DNA from: Nannocystales bacterium | Lineage (GTDB): Bacteria > Myxococcota_A > Polyangia > Nannocystales > Nannocystaceae | Length of the DNA stretch: 64,000 nt | Assembly: GCA_050633305.1 (NCBI GenBank) | Contig: JBOEGF010000009.1 | Coordinates: 30,314-94,313 of the forward strand | Reading direction: 5' to 3' | Notes under the pieces: model-generated | What the model was told of the DNA's origin: nothing | Seen by the model: only the letters and a program-made list of their open reading frames with translations | Databases searched by the model: none | Made by a program: the position numbers and the translations under genes | Shown here: piece by piece, positions 35,938-45,838 of the stretch | Position numbering within the stretch: position 1 is the first letter of the stretch | How the letters are laid out: each line of letters opens with the position of its first letter

Positions 35938-35965
35938 GTGACACCCCGCCCGTGCCACGGTGTTG
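35938..35965 (+). promoter_or_regulatory. Putative ECF promoter (GTGACAC-N13-CGGTGTTG)
   Basis: Third copy; 9 nt before ATG 35975. Confidence 0.7.
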
Positions 35966-35974
35966 AACTCTACG

Positions 35975-37222
35975 ATGGCCAACGCGACCCTCCTTCTCGC
36001 TTCGTTCCTCGCCGCTCCTGTCGCTCCGTCCCCGGCCGCGCCACCTGCGGCGGAAGCTCCGGTGGCCGCGCCCGCACCCGCGCCCGCACCTGCCCCCACT
36101 GCCGAGGTCGCTGCGCCCGAGACCGCCCCCGAGGGCGAGTCGCCTGTGGAACAAGACGCTTCGAGTGGAGCTGCGGAGGCGCCCGAGGAGGCGCCCGAAT
36201 CGGCAGAACAGGTGGCTGACCCACCACCGGTCGAAGAGGCGGGGGATGAGACCGAGGCCGGCACCGCGCCGGAACCCAGCACCGACGCGGCCACCCCCGA
36301 GGCCTCCGAGTACAAGGACGTCCCGTTCAACATTGGGTTGTTTCCGTCGGTCTCACTCAACGCCAAGCACAAGGGCGAGCGAGTCCGAAACAACGTGTCG
36401 CTCGGCCTGCTGTGGACCCGTGCGGCCCGCGTCGAGGGGCTGACCGCGGCGGGCGGGATCACGGTCGTGACCGAGTCCATGGAAGGCGTCGCTGCGGGGC
36501 AGTTCGGGAACATCAACCGTGGCGAGATGGAAGGCGTGCAGGCCTCGTTGTTCTTCAACACGGCCCAAGACCTGCGCGGGGTCCAGGCGAGCCACGGATT
36601 CAACTGGGCCACAGAGGTCCGAGGCGCCCAGTTCGGGATGGTCAACGCCGCGGGAACGGTTCGCGGGGTGCAGTTCGGCCTGGTCAACGTCGCCGATGAA
36701 GCCGACGCCTCCTTCGCGCTGATCCCCGTCACGCGAAAAGGGGGCTTTCATCCCGAGGTCTTCACCAGCGACACCGCGATGATCAACCTCGGGTTTCGCC
36801 TTCCGGCCAAGTACACGTACATGTTCGCCTCCGTTGGGCTGCAGCCCCTGGGACGCCTCGAGGATGGTCGTCTGTCGACCTCCGAGGGCGCCGGGCGAGC
36901 CTGGGAAGCTGGGCTGGGTTGGGGCGGCCACATCCCCATGGGCAAGCGGCTCTCGATGGACCTCGACCTGGGCGGCTTCATCGTCACGGACTCCCTGCAA
37001 TGGGCCGGTCCGGTGGGAAGCATGAGTCGCTTTCGCATGCTGCTGAACTACAGCTTCGCCGACCGGTTTACGGTGTGGGGAGGCCCCACGCTCACCGCGT
37101 TGGTCGACGATGCGGACCGCGGGATCGACCGACCCGGCTACGGCTGGGTCTCGGGTCGGTACGAAGACCACGACGTCCGGGTCCGGGTGTGGCCCGGCTT
37201 CGCTGCCGGCGTGCGGTTTTAG
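35975..37222 (+). CDS. Surface repeat protein (LA_2272-like G.Q repeats), paralog of the caspase C-terminal half
   Basis: Pro/Ala/Glu linker, FNIGLFPSVSLN, GVQ/GAQ repeats, RPGYGW..WPGF.AG.RF shared with the upstream gene. Confidence 0.8.
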   Translation: MANATLLLASFLAAPVAPSPAAPPAAEAPVAAPAPAPAPAPTAEVAAPETAPEGESPVEQDASSGAAEAPEEAPESAEQVADPPPVEEAGDETEAGTAPEPSTDAATPEASEYKDVPFNIGLFPSVSLNAKHKGERVRNNVSLGLLWTRAARVEGLTAAGGITVVTESMEGVAAGQFGNINRGEMEGVQASLFFNTAQDLRGVQASHGFNWATEVRGAQFGMVNAAGTVRGVQFGLVNVADEADASFALIPVTRKGGFHPEVFTSDTAMINLGFRLPAKYTYMFASVGLQPLGRLEDGRLSTSEGAGRAWEAGLGWGGHIPMGKRLSMDLDLGGFIVTDSLQWAGPVGSMSRFRMLLNYSFADRFTVWGGPTLTALVDDADRGIDRPGYGWVSGRYEDHDVRVRVWPGFAAGVRF

Positions 37223-37226
37223 GACC

Positions 37227-40200
37227 TCACGCGTCCTCTTCTTCAGCCTCTTCGCCCCGGCGGGGCAGGGGGGCGAGGAGGGTCTCGACGTCTTCCTCGG
37301 ACAGGCTGAATCCGGTGCGACCGGCGGTTCGACCCGCGTCGGCCTGGACCGCCTGAGCCAAGGCTCTTTTGTGCTCTTGCAGCGAGAGGATTCGTTCCTC
37401 GACGCTGCCCTCGCAGACCAGCCGGTAGACGGTGACGGGGCGCTCCTGACCGATGCGGTGCGTCCGGTCGATGGCCTGCTGCTCGACCGCAGGGTTCCAC
37501 CAGGGGTCGTAGAGGATGACCGTGTCCGCGGCGGTCAGGTTCAACCCGGTACCGCCGGCCTTGAGCGAGACGAGCATGAGCGGGACCTCTTTGGCCTGGA
37601 AGCGATCGACGAGCGGCTGGCGCTTGCGGGTCCGACCCGTGAGCATCAAGTGAGGCTGCGCCTTGGCGTCCAGACGGGCCGCGATGAGGTCGAGCATTTT
37701 GGTGAACTGAGAGAACACCAGCACCCGGTGACCCGACGCGAGCAGCGGCTCGAGCAAGGACATGAGCTCTTCGATCTTGGACCCTTGTTCCGGCGGATCG
37801 TCGATTCGCGGGGCGAGACGGGCGTCGCAGCAGATCTGACGCAGTCGCAGCAACGCCTCGAGGACCACGATGCGGCTGAGGCCCAGGCCCTTGGCCCGAA
37901 GCGCTTGGCGAACCTCGTCGCTGACGACGCGGCGAACGGACTCGTAGATCTCGCGCTCGCGGGGACTGAGCACGACGCTGCGGACCACCTCGGTCTTGGG
38001 CGGAAGCTCCTCGAGCACCGCGTCCTTGGTACGCCGCAGCAGGAAGGGGGCGACTCGTCGGCGTAGGCCCCCAACAGCATCAGCCGCGCCACGTTCGGCG
38101 GGGCGCGCATAGGCCCGGCTGAACTGGGCCTGCGAGCCGAGCAATCCCGGAGCGACGAAGCGGAAGATCGACCACAGCTCGAGCAGGCTGTTTTCGATCG
38201 GCGTACCGGTGAGCGCGAGGCGCTGCCGGGTGCGAATCGCTCGGGTGGCGCCTGCGATCTTGGCGCGGGGGTTCTTGATCGCCTGGGCCTCGTCGAGCGC
38301 GACCACGTGGTACTGCGTCTCGCGAAGAATGTCGTCGCGCAGCAGGGTCGCGTAGCTTGTCAGCACCACGTCGAACTCGTGGATGCGGTCGACGGTCTCG
38401 GCACGATCGGGGCCGTGGGCCATGCCAACACGCAGCTGAGGGGTGAACAGGGCGGCTTGTTGGGCCCAAGTCCCGAGCACACTGACCGGTGCGACGACCA
38501 GGCATGGACGGTCGAGGCGGCCGGACTCGCGCTCGGCGAGCAGGTGCGCGAGCACCTGAACGGTCTTTCCCAGACCCATGTCATCGGCGAGGACCCCACC
38601 GCAGTGGGTGCGCCGCAGCAGCTGAATCCAGGCCAGGCCGACACGCTGGTAGTCCCGTAGCTCGCCGCGGAAACCCTCGGGGATCTCGGCGTCGTCTGGA
38701 CCGACACCGTCGACGAGTGTCTGGCCGAGTGTGGCGAGGGCGTCGTTGCCCTGCCAGCGATCGACGTCCAGCTGAGCCAGCCAGGCGGCGTCGTAGGTGG
38801 ATGCGCGCAGACGCAGGTTGGGTCCGCCGCGCGCGTCCGTCATGGACACGAGGCCGTCGAGCAAGCGCTGAACCTTTTCGGCGGGAACCCGCAGCAGGGT
38901 GCCGTCATCCAGACGCAGCGTGACCGAGGCGCCCACGACGATGCGATCGTGTTGCAGGCGTCCGGCTCCGATCGCGTCGAGGAGAACCGGGAGGAGGTTG
39001 ACCCGGCGCGGCCCATCGGGCCCCTCGACGTCGACACCCAGCTCGAAGGAAAACCAGCCCTCGGGGTCCGGATCCTCGTCGATGTCGACGTACCAAGCTG
39101 AGGGCTCGGTTGGGGCGAGGGCCTCGGGGGCGGAACCGGTGCGTTGCCAGCCCCGAGACTCGAGCACGGGCAGGATGTCGAGCAAGGTGAGCCAGCCGTC
39201 CGCATCGAGGGCGGCAGAACCGTCGCTCGCGGGCGCGGGCAGGCCGAGGTCTTCCCACGAACTCAGGGCGAAGCGCTCGGCCTCGGAGTCGCGCGGGCTG
39301 ACGCGGAGAACGGAGCCATCCCACGCGCAGATGTCTGTGGCGCCGCCTTGAAGCGGGACCGAGACCTCGCCGTAGCGAAATGCGATGACCGGACATCCGT
39401 CGCTGTGGCTGTCGGGGAGGTGCAACACCGGGGTGAGCCGTGTGAAGCCCGATTCGACGGTTCCCAGCAGTGGGATGGGTAGGCCGAGCGCTTCGACGCG
39501 CGCCCGGAGGTCATCCCCGGGGTCGACGTCGATGGGGATGTCCGCCGACTGGTACACGGCACGGAGGCGGCGCAGGGGGAGCGCGGTCTCCATGAGGCCG
39601 CACGCGCCGCTCGCCGGATCGACCCAGACCGGGGCGTCGAGAGGAAGCGCGACGTGCTCGGGGTTTTGGGCGGTGAGCCGCAGGTGCTGGGTGCCATCGG
39701 GGGCGGGGTGCCAGCGGGTCTGGCTGGTCTCGGGAGCCTCGGTCCAGCGTAGCGGTGGCCCTCCCCAGCGTTGCCATCGGACACGCCCGGTTTCGACGAA
39801 CCGCCGAAACAGAGCGGTCGCGCCCTCGCCCGGCGGGAGCGTCTCGTCGTCCTTGGGGGCGAGCGTGCGCAGGGCGTGCCACAGGTCGAGGTCTTCGCGC
39901 AGGACTCCGGCGGGGATGACGGTTTGCGCGGAGCTGACGACCAGCCGAGCGGTCCTGGGCTTGCTGCGGCCGTCCTCCCGGAGGGGCCCGACACGTGGGG
40001 CGATGCGAACGCGCCATCCGCCCTCGCGCTGAAGCCCGATCACGTACCGAACCTCTCGCCCGGCAGGTTCGGGCAGCTCGGGAACCGGCAGCCGAGGCAG
40101 GATGCGGGTCTGCCCGTCGGTCGTCTCGGCCTCTGCCTGTGCGAGCCAGTCGATCAGGGCCTTGCGGGTCGCGACCTCCTTGGCGAGCGAGGCGTCGGCG

Positions 40201-40469
40201 AGGGTGTGGAGTGCTGCCGCGAGGTGGCGGCAGTCGTAGCGGGTGTCGCAGGAGCACTGGCCGTGGACAGCGGTGCGTGCGAGCTGGAACTCGACCGTGT
40301 GCGTGCGCTTGATCCCGACTTTGGCCGTGTACCAGCCGCGCATGCCGTCCGCCTCGACGCAGGACACGACAGCGCCACCCTTGGCGTCCTCGAGCCCGCG
40401 TTGCCAAACGACGGGCTCGAACTGGCGCGATAGGGAGTCGAGGTCGAGTTCGATTTCGATTTCACTCAT
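37227..40469 (-). CDS. SWIM zinc finger SNF2-family helicase
   Basis: CSC....CRH, LADDMGLGKT, DEAQ, LTGTP and DPWWNPAVEQQAIDRTHRIGQ motifs. Confidence 0.93.
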   Translation of the reverse strand: MSEIEIELDLDSLSRQFEPVVWQRGLEDAKGGAVVSCVEADGMRGWYTAKVGIKRTHTVEFQLARTAVHGQCSCDTRYDCRHLAAALHTLADASLAKEVATRKALIDWLAQAEAETTDGQTRILPRLPVPELPEPAGREVRYVIGLQREGGWRVRIAPRVGPLREDGRSKPRTARLVVSSAQTVIPAGVLREDLDLWHALRTLAPKDDETLPPGEGATALFRRFVETGRVRWQRWGGPPLRWTEAPETSQTRWHPAPDGTQHLRLTAQNPEHVALPLDAPVWVDPASGACGLMETALPLRRLRAVYQSADIPIDVDPGDDLRARVEALGLPIPLLGTVESGFTRLTPVLHLPDSHSDGCPVIAFRYGEVSVPLQGGATDICAWDGSVLRVSPRDSEAERFALSSWEDLGLPAPASDGSAALDADGWLTLLDILPVLESRGWQRTGSAPEALAPTEPSAWYVDIDEDPDPEGWFSFELGVDVEGPDGPRRVNLLPVLLDAIGAGRLQHDRIVVGASVTLRLDDGTLLRVPAEKVQRLLDGLVSMTDARGGPNLRLRASTYDAAWLAQLDVDRWQGNDALATLGQTLVDGVGPDDAEIPEGFRGELRDYQRVGLAWIQLLRRTHCGGVLADDMGLGKTVQVLAHLLAERESGRLDRPCLVVAPVSVLGTWAQQAALFTPQLRVGMAHGPDRAETVDRIHEFDVVLTSYATLLRDDILRETQYHVVALDEAQAIKNPRAKIAGATRAIRTRQRLALTGTPIENSLLELWSIFRFVAPGLLGSQAQFSRAYARPAERGAADAVGGLRRRVAPFLLRRTKDAVLEELPPKTEVVRSVVLSPREREIYESVRRVVSDEVRQALRAKGLGLSRIVVLEALLRLRQICCDARLAPRIDDPPEQGSKIEELMSLLEPLLASGHRVLVFSQFTKMLDLIAARLDAKAQPHLMLTGRTRKRQPLVDRFQAKEVPLMLVSLKAGGTGLNLTAADTVILYDPWWNPAVEQQAIDRTHRIGQERPVTVYRLVCEGSVEERILSLQEHKRALAQAVQADAGRTAGRTGFSLSEEDVETLLAPLPRRGEEAEEEDA

Positions 40470-40821
40470 GCGGTGCGTTCAGCCGCGGTCCGAGGCGCGG
40501 TGGCATTCGCAGCCGGCGAGGCCGGGCAAATGCTGGTCGCGAGAATTTCGGCAAGCTGTGGACCCCGACACGTCTGTGCGTGTTGAAGCCGAGACCGTTC
40601 CCGGCCCGGAGGGGGCGGATGGCTCGGAGTGTTCGCCGGGGTTTTCGGTCACGAGGCGGGAGGATACCGCGTACGGAGGGTTCTAGCAGCCTGTGGTGAA
40701 ACCCGCGGCCGGGTCTCGCGTTGGATGCCGCGCGCTCGCGGCGGAGCCTGAGCAGCCCGCGGAGCGAGGGCCCGGGCGAACCACGTCGATCGCGAGAAAC
40801 GCGGCGTTGGGTTTGGCGACC

Positions 40822-41868
40822 CTACTGCCGTCCATTCGGGTTGTAGCTCATCCAGTTCAGCCCGTTGGAGCGGTTCACGAGATCGTTGTAGGCGCGGCTG
40901 ACCTTGTCTGGCGAGCCCTCGACCATCCATCCGGCGCTGCCTCCGAGGCGCTGGAGCTCCGACTTGGTGAAGGCCTTGTTGTCGCGCTTGCGGCGCATCA
41001 GCTCCTTGGATGCCTTGAGGTAGCTCTCCGCGGTGTCGATGAACGAGTCGAACATCATCACCGTGTCCGCTTCTGCCTCATTCGCTTTGACGTACTTGTC
41101 CGCTTCTTCGAGGGCAGCGTCGTAGGTCTTGAGCGCCTTGTCGAAGCGGTCCAGATCGAGCGCGTCGAGCGTGGGCGCATCTCCGGCGGCCATGAGCGCC
41201 TTCGCCTGGGCCATGACGTTGGCCTGTTGGAAGCGCAGCTTTCGACCCTCGTCCTTTTCGAGTTGTTCGAGACGCCGGGCCTGAAGCGCGTCGTTCTGTT
41301 CCCCGACCGCCTTGCGCAGCGCCTGGTCCGCGTCTTGGAATGTGGCGATCGCCTTGGCCAGCGGGTCGTGCATCTCCTTTCCCTTGGAGAACCCGTCGTC
41401 TTTGTAGTCGTCGTGGTCGTAGTACTCGTGAGCGTCGTGGATGAGCGGCTGCACGGCTTTGTAGGCCGCAAGCCACGCGTCGCCGGCCTTCTCGAGTCCT
41501 TCGTCATGGGGCTCGGACGCCTTCGCGGTTGCGATGCCCTCCACACAGGATGCGTTGAGTTCGTGGTCGTAGATCCCGTAGACGTTTCGCTCTTTCCCGG
41601 TGACACCCTTTTCGATGTCGACCCAGCTGGCGTAACGATCGGCCGCGTCGAGGATTGACGACGAGGGCCCGTTGATGCAGTCGATGTAGCCGTCCAGTTT
41701 GATGCCGAGCTTGTCGTCCTCGGTGAGCTCTGCATTGGCAGCCGCGTTGCTCGCTTCGCCGACAGCTTCGGCTCCTTTCTCCAACAGGTCGGTCACCTGG
41801 TCGCAGCCAGCAGCCGGGAGTGCGAGAATCGACAGGAGGGCGGAAGCGTAGATTCGTGGTCGGAGCAT
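40822..41868 (-). CDS. YiiG/DUF3829-like lipoprotein
   Basis: Lipobox AGC, GYIDCIN, YY....YKDD.F.KGKEMH and YNDLV..SN motifs. Confidence 0.7.
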   Translation of the reverse strand: MLRPRIYASALLSILALPAAGCDQVTDLLEKGAEAVGEASNAAANAELTEDDKLGIKLDGYIDCINGPSSSILDAADRYASWVDIEKGVTGKERNVYGIYDHELNASCVEGIATAKASEPHDEGLEKAGDAWLAAYKAVQPLIHDAHEYYDHDDYKDDGFSKGKEMHDPLAKAIATFQDADQALRKAVGEQNDALQARRLEQLEKDEGRKLRFQQANVMAQAKALMAAGDAPTLDALDLDRFDKALKTYDAALEEADKYVKANEAEADTVMMFDSFIDTAESYLKASKELMRRKRDNKAFTKSELQRLGGSAGWMVEGSPDKVSRAYNDLVNRSNGLNWMSYNPNGRQ

Positions 41869-41944
41869 GGCGAGTGCGCGGTTGGGACGGCAGGCAGTGT
41901 CCTACGATTCAGCGGAGCGCGGTACCGCACACCCCAGCGCCCAC

Positions 41945-41972
41945 AAAAAAAGGCCGCCGGGGGAGGCGGCCT
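41945..41972 (-). terminator. Intrinsic terminator of the beta-oxidation operon
   Basis: AGGCCGCC/GGCGGCCT stem followed by a T7 run on the minus strand. Confidence 0.8.
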
Positions 41973-41998
41973 CTTGGGCGATACGCGCGAGCGTGCCG

Positions 41999-43153
41999 CT
42001 ACATTCGCTCGAAGATGCCGGCTGCACCCATGCCGCCGCCGATACACATCGTGACCATCGCGTAGCGGCCCTGACGCCGGTGCAGCTCGTGGACCGCTGT
42101 GGCGGTGAGCTTGGCTCCGGTGCACCCCAGGGGGTGCCCGAGCGAGATCGCGCCGCCGCTGGGGTTGACCTTGTCCATGTCGAGCCCGAGCTTGCGGATG
42201 ACCGCCAGCGACTGGGCCGCGAACGCCTCGTTGAGCTCGAAGACGTCGATGTCGCCGAGCGTGAGGCCGGTCTGCTTGAGGACCTTGGGAATGGCCTCGA
42301 TCGGACCGATGCCCATCACGTCCGGCGCGACGCCAGCGACGGCGAAGCCGACGAACCGGGCAAGTGGGGTGAGGCCAAGCTCTTCGGCCTTGGCTTTGCT
42401 CATCACGACCGACGCCGCTGCGGCATCGTTCATCTGCGAGCTGTTTCCGGCGGTGACGCTCCCCTTCACATGGAAGGCAGGTCGCAGCTTGGCGAGTGCC
42501 TCGATGCTGGTATCGGCACGGGGCCCTTCATCGACCTGGTGCGTCTTGCCTTCAGCAGTGGTGATCGGGACGATCTCGTCGGTGAACTTGCCCGCTTCAA
42601 TCGCTGCAACCGCGCGCTTGTGGCTCTCGATCGAGAACGCGTCTTGGTCTTCGCGGCTGATCTCGAACCGCTGCGCCACGTTCTCCGCGGTGATCCCCAT
42701 CGAGATGTAGTACTCGGGGTGGTTCTTGACGAGGTCGAGGCTGAGCGAGGCCTTGTTGCCGCCCATCGGCACCATGCTCATCGACTCGACGCCGCCACCG
42801 ATTCCGCAGTCGATCACGCCCAGCTGGACGCGCTCGGCCACGGTGGCGATCGCCTGCAAACCGGAGCTGCAGAAGCGGTTGATGGTGATCGCGGAGCTGG
42901 AGTCGGGCAAGCCTGCGCCCAGCCCGATCATGCGCGCGATGTTGAGGCCTTGCTCGGCCTCGGGCATGGCGCAGCCCATGACCACGTCGTCGACGATCTC
43001 CTTGGGGAAGTTGTCGCCGAGCGAGGCGAGGACGGTCTTGAGCATCTCGATGGAGAAATCATCGGGACGCGTGTTTCGCAGGACGCCTTTGCCGGCTTTG
43101 CCGACGGCGGTGCGACGGGTTGCAACGAGAACGGCTTCTTGGAATTGAGGCAT
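41999..43153 (-). CDS. fadA: Acetyl-CoA C-acyltransferase (thiolase)
   Basis: NRFCSSG, NEAFA, GHPLG and CIGGGMG motifs. Confidence 0.93.
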   Translation of the reverse strand: MPQFQEAVLVATRRTAVGKAGKGVLRNTRPDDFSIEMLKTVLASLGDNFPKEIVDDVVMGCAMPEAEQGLNIARMIGLGAGLPDSSSAITINRFCSSGLQAIATVAERVQLGVIDCGIGGGVESMSMVPMGGNKASLSLDLVKNHPEYYISMGITAENVAQRFEISREDQDAFSIESHKRAVAAIEAGKFTDEIVPITTAEGKTHQVDEGPRADTSIEALAKLRPAFHVKGSVTAGNSSQMNDAAAASVVMSKAKAEELGLTPLARFVGFAVAGVAPDVMGIGPIEAIPKVLKQTGLTLGDIDVFELNEAFAAQSLAVIRKLGLDMDKVNPSGGAISLGHPLGCTGAKLTATAVHELHRRQGRYAMVTMCIGGGMGAAGIFERM

Positions 43154-43186
43154 GGTCTTCGGTTCCTTTCGTGTTCGCGTTGTCGG

Positions 43187-45616
43187 CTAGTTCCGCAGAG
43201 GTTTGCCGGTCGAGAGCATGGCGGCCATGCGGTCTTTCGTCTTTTGTGTGCCGCACAGGCTGACGAAGGCCTCGCGCTCGAGGTCGAGGATGTCCTGCGC
43301 CGTCTTGGGGGCGCCGGTGGCCTCCATGCCGCCCGAGAGCACGTGGGCGATCTTCTGCGCGACGAGTTGGTCGTGCTCCGATGCGTAGCCTCCCCAGGCG
43401 AACGTTTGCGCGCCCATCAGGAAGCTGGAGCCGCGCGATGCACCGATGACGTTGAGCAGCGCGTTGCGATCCGGTGGCACGAACCCTGCCTCGGCCAACC
43501 CGATCGCCTTCTTCTTGGCTTCGGCGATGACGCGGTTCTTGTTGAAGACGATGGTCTGGTCGGCGGCGATGAAACCGCCGGCTTTCGCCTCGTCGGCGCT
43601 CGTGGCCACAGTGGCCGCGGCTGCGGCTTCGAACCCACGACGAACCCAGGGGTAGGGGTCGCCGTCGGGCACTTGGGCGGACCACTCGCTGGCGCGGCGG
43701 ACGATCTCCTTGAGGCCACCCCCGGCCGGCAGCACACCGACGCCGATCTCGACCAGCCCGATGTAGCTCTCGGCTGCGGCCACGGTGGCGTTGCCGTGCA
43801 TCACGGTCTCGCAGCCGCCACCGAGCGCCATACCGTGCGGTGCGGTCACCACTGGGACGGTGCTGTGCCGCACCGTCATCAACGCCTGTTGCAGGTCGTT
43901 GACCGCCTTCTCCAGTTCGTCCCACTTGCTCTGCCCGGCGAGCGCCAGGATCGCGAACAGGTTGGCGCCGACGCAGAAGTTCTCGCCGTTGTTGCCGATG
44001 ACGACACCCCGGATGCCGCGCTTCTCAGCGTCGGTCACCGCGTTGACCATCATGTTGCCGATGCCGTCATCGAGCGCGTTCATCTTGGAGTGGAACTCCA
44101 CGCACGCGATGCCGTCGCCCAGGTCGACGAGGCTGGCGGAGGGGTTGCTCTCGATGACCTTGCCCTGCTCCTTGAGCGCGGACAGGATGAGGATGCCTTC
44201 GGGCTGCGGCACAGCCTCGTGGGCCTTGCGCTCGGCGATGAACATCGTGCGCTCGGCTTGCGGACCGGCGTACCAGGTGGCGTCGTCACCCCCGGCGGCC
44301 AGCAGAGCCTTGGCTGCAGGCGCGACCTCGATGCCCATGCCTTCGAGCTGCTCGACCGCCCACTTGACGCCGACGGCGTCCCACATGGCAAACGGGCCTT
44401 GCTCCCAGCCGTAGCCCCACTTCATCGCGTCGTCCATCTCCTTGGGACCATCGCTGATCTCGCCGAGGCGGTTGGCGGAGTAGTTAAACAGCGGCAGGTA
44501 TACCTTGCGCAGGAAGTCGCCGGCGCGCCCCTCGAGGCGGATCGCATCGTGGATGCGCTTCTGCCAGGACTGCTTCTTGATCTTGTCGACCTCGGGGAAC
44601 TTGGCTTTGACCTTGTCCCGGTACTCGAGCGTGCCCAGATCGAGGGCCAGGACCTTGCGCTTGCCTTTTTCGTCCTTGGTCTTCTTGTAGAAGCCCTGCT
44701 TGGTCTTGTCGCCCTTCATCCCCTTTTCGAACATCTGCTCGATCTTGGGGTGCACGACCATCTGCTCGTGCATCTCGTCGTAGTTGGCGGCCGACTTGTC
44801 GCTGCTGGTGGCCTTCTTGAGGTTGCCGATGACCAGGGCAGCCACGTCGATGCCGACGAGGTCGCCCAGGCGGAAGCTGCCCATCTTGGGGCGGCACATG
44901 AGCTTGCCGTTGAGCAGGTCGACCTCTTCGACCGTGTATCCACCCTCAAAGGTGGTCCCGAAGGTCAGCAGCATCTCGGCGATGCCGATCCGGTTGCCGA
45001 TGAAGTTGGGGGTGTCCCGGCAGGGCACGATGCCCTTGCCGAGCACGTGGTCCCCGAACGTGGACAGATCGGCAGCGACGGCGGGGTCGGTGTACTCCGA
45101 GCTCACGACCTCGAGCAGGTGCATGTACCGAGGGGGGTTGAAGAAGTGCATACCCACCACGCGCTTGCGGGCGGCCTCGGGCAGGTCCTCTGCGATCGAG
45201 CCCACGGGCAGACCCGAGGTGTTGGTCGCGAGCACGGCGTGCTCGGGTGCGGCCTTGGCGATGCGGTCGAACAGCGGCTTCTTGATGTCGAGCCGCTCGA
45301 TCACGGCCTCGAGGATCAAGTCGGACTCGGCGACGGCGGTCTCGAGGTCGTCGTCGATGTTGCCCGCGGTGATGCGGCCGGCGAAACCCTTGTGCATGTA
45401 GGGTGCCGGCTTGCTCTTGAGCATCTGTTTCATCGCGCCCAGGGCAAACGCGTTGCGCGTGGCCGCCGGGGCGTCCTTGTCGACGCCCTTGGGAACGATG
45501 TCCAACAGGTGGGTACGGATGCCGGCGTTGGCGAACTGGGCCGCGATTTGGGCGCCCATCGTGCCAGCGCCGATCACGGTCGCGACCAGCTCGTGCGGGG
45601 GACGGTTGAGACTCAC
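43187..45616 (-). CDS. 3-hydroxyacyl-CoA dehydrogenase / enoyl-CoA hydratase (FadN-like)
   Basis: GAGTMG, TNTSG, HFFNPPRY, FCVGANL and LGGGCE motifs. Confidence 0.93.
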   Translation of the reverse strand: MSLNRPPHELVATVIGAGTMGAQIAAQFANAGIRTHLLDIVPKGVDKDAPAATRNAFALGAMKQMLKSKPAPYMHKGFAGRITAGNIDDDLETAVAESDLILEAVIERLDIKKPLFDRIAKAAPEHAVLATNTSGLPVGSIAEDLPEAARKRVVGMHFFNPPRYMHLLEVVSSEYTDPAVAADLSTFGDHVLGKGIVPCRDTPNFIGNRIGIAEMLLTFGTTFEGGYTVEEVDLLNGKLMCRPKMGSFRLGDLVGIDVAALVIGNLKKATSSDKSAANYDEMHEQMVVHPKIEQMFEKGMKGDKTKQGFYKKTKDEKGKRKVLALDLGTLEYRDKVKAKFPEVDKIKKQSWQKRIHDAIRLEGRAGDFLRKVYLPLFNYSANRLGEISDGPKEMDDAMKWGYGWEQGPFAMWDAVGVKWAVEQLEGMGIEVAPAAKALLAAGGDDATWYAGPQAERTMFIAERKAHEAVPQPEGILILSALKEQGKVIESNPSASLVDLGDGIACVEFHSKMNALDDGIGNMMVNAVTDAEKRGIRGVVIGNNGENFCVGANLFAILALAGQSKWDELEKAVNDLQQALMTVRHSTVPVVTAPHGMALGGGCETVMHGNATVAAAESYIGLVEIGVGVLPAGGGLKEIVRRASEWSAQVPDGDPYPWVRRGFEAAAAATVATSADEAKAGGFIAADQTIVFNKNRVIAEAKKKAIGLAEAGFVPPDRNALLNVIGASRGSSFLMGAQTFAWGGYASEHDQLVAQKIAHVLSGGMEATGAPKTAQDILDLEREAFVSLCGTQKTKDRMAAMLSTGKPLRN

Positions 45617-45838
45617 GGCGCGGAGGGTAGCGCTGCCGCCCGGGACGGCTCTAGGGGGATCAGGGCACCGCGGCCCTGCCGTTTTGCAGCGGGTGGGGCT
45701 CTCGCAGGATATGTGGCCCGGAGTCCCCTGAAATTACAGGACATGTGGTCGATTTGTGCGGCCCTCCGATCCCGGTGCCGCGAGGAGCGTCAACCCCAAT
45801 CCGGACCCGGGCTCGGCGGTACGGGCGCCTGGGCCGGC

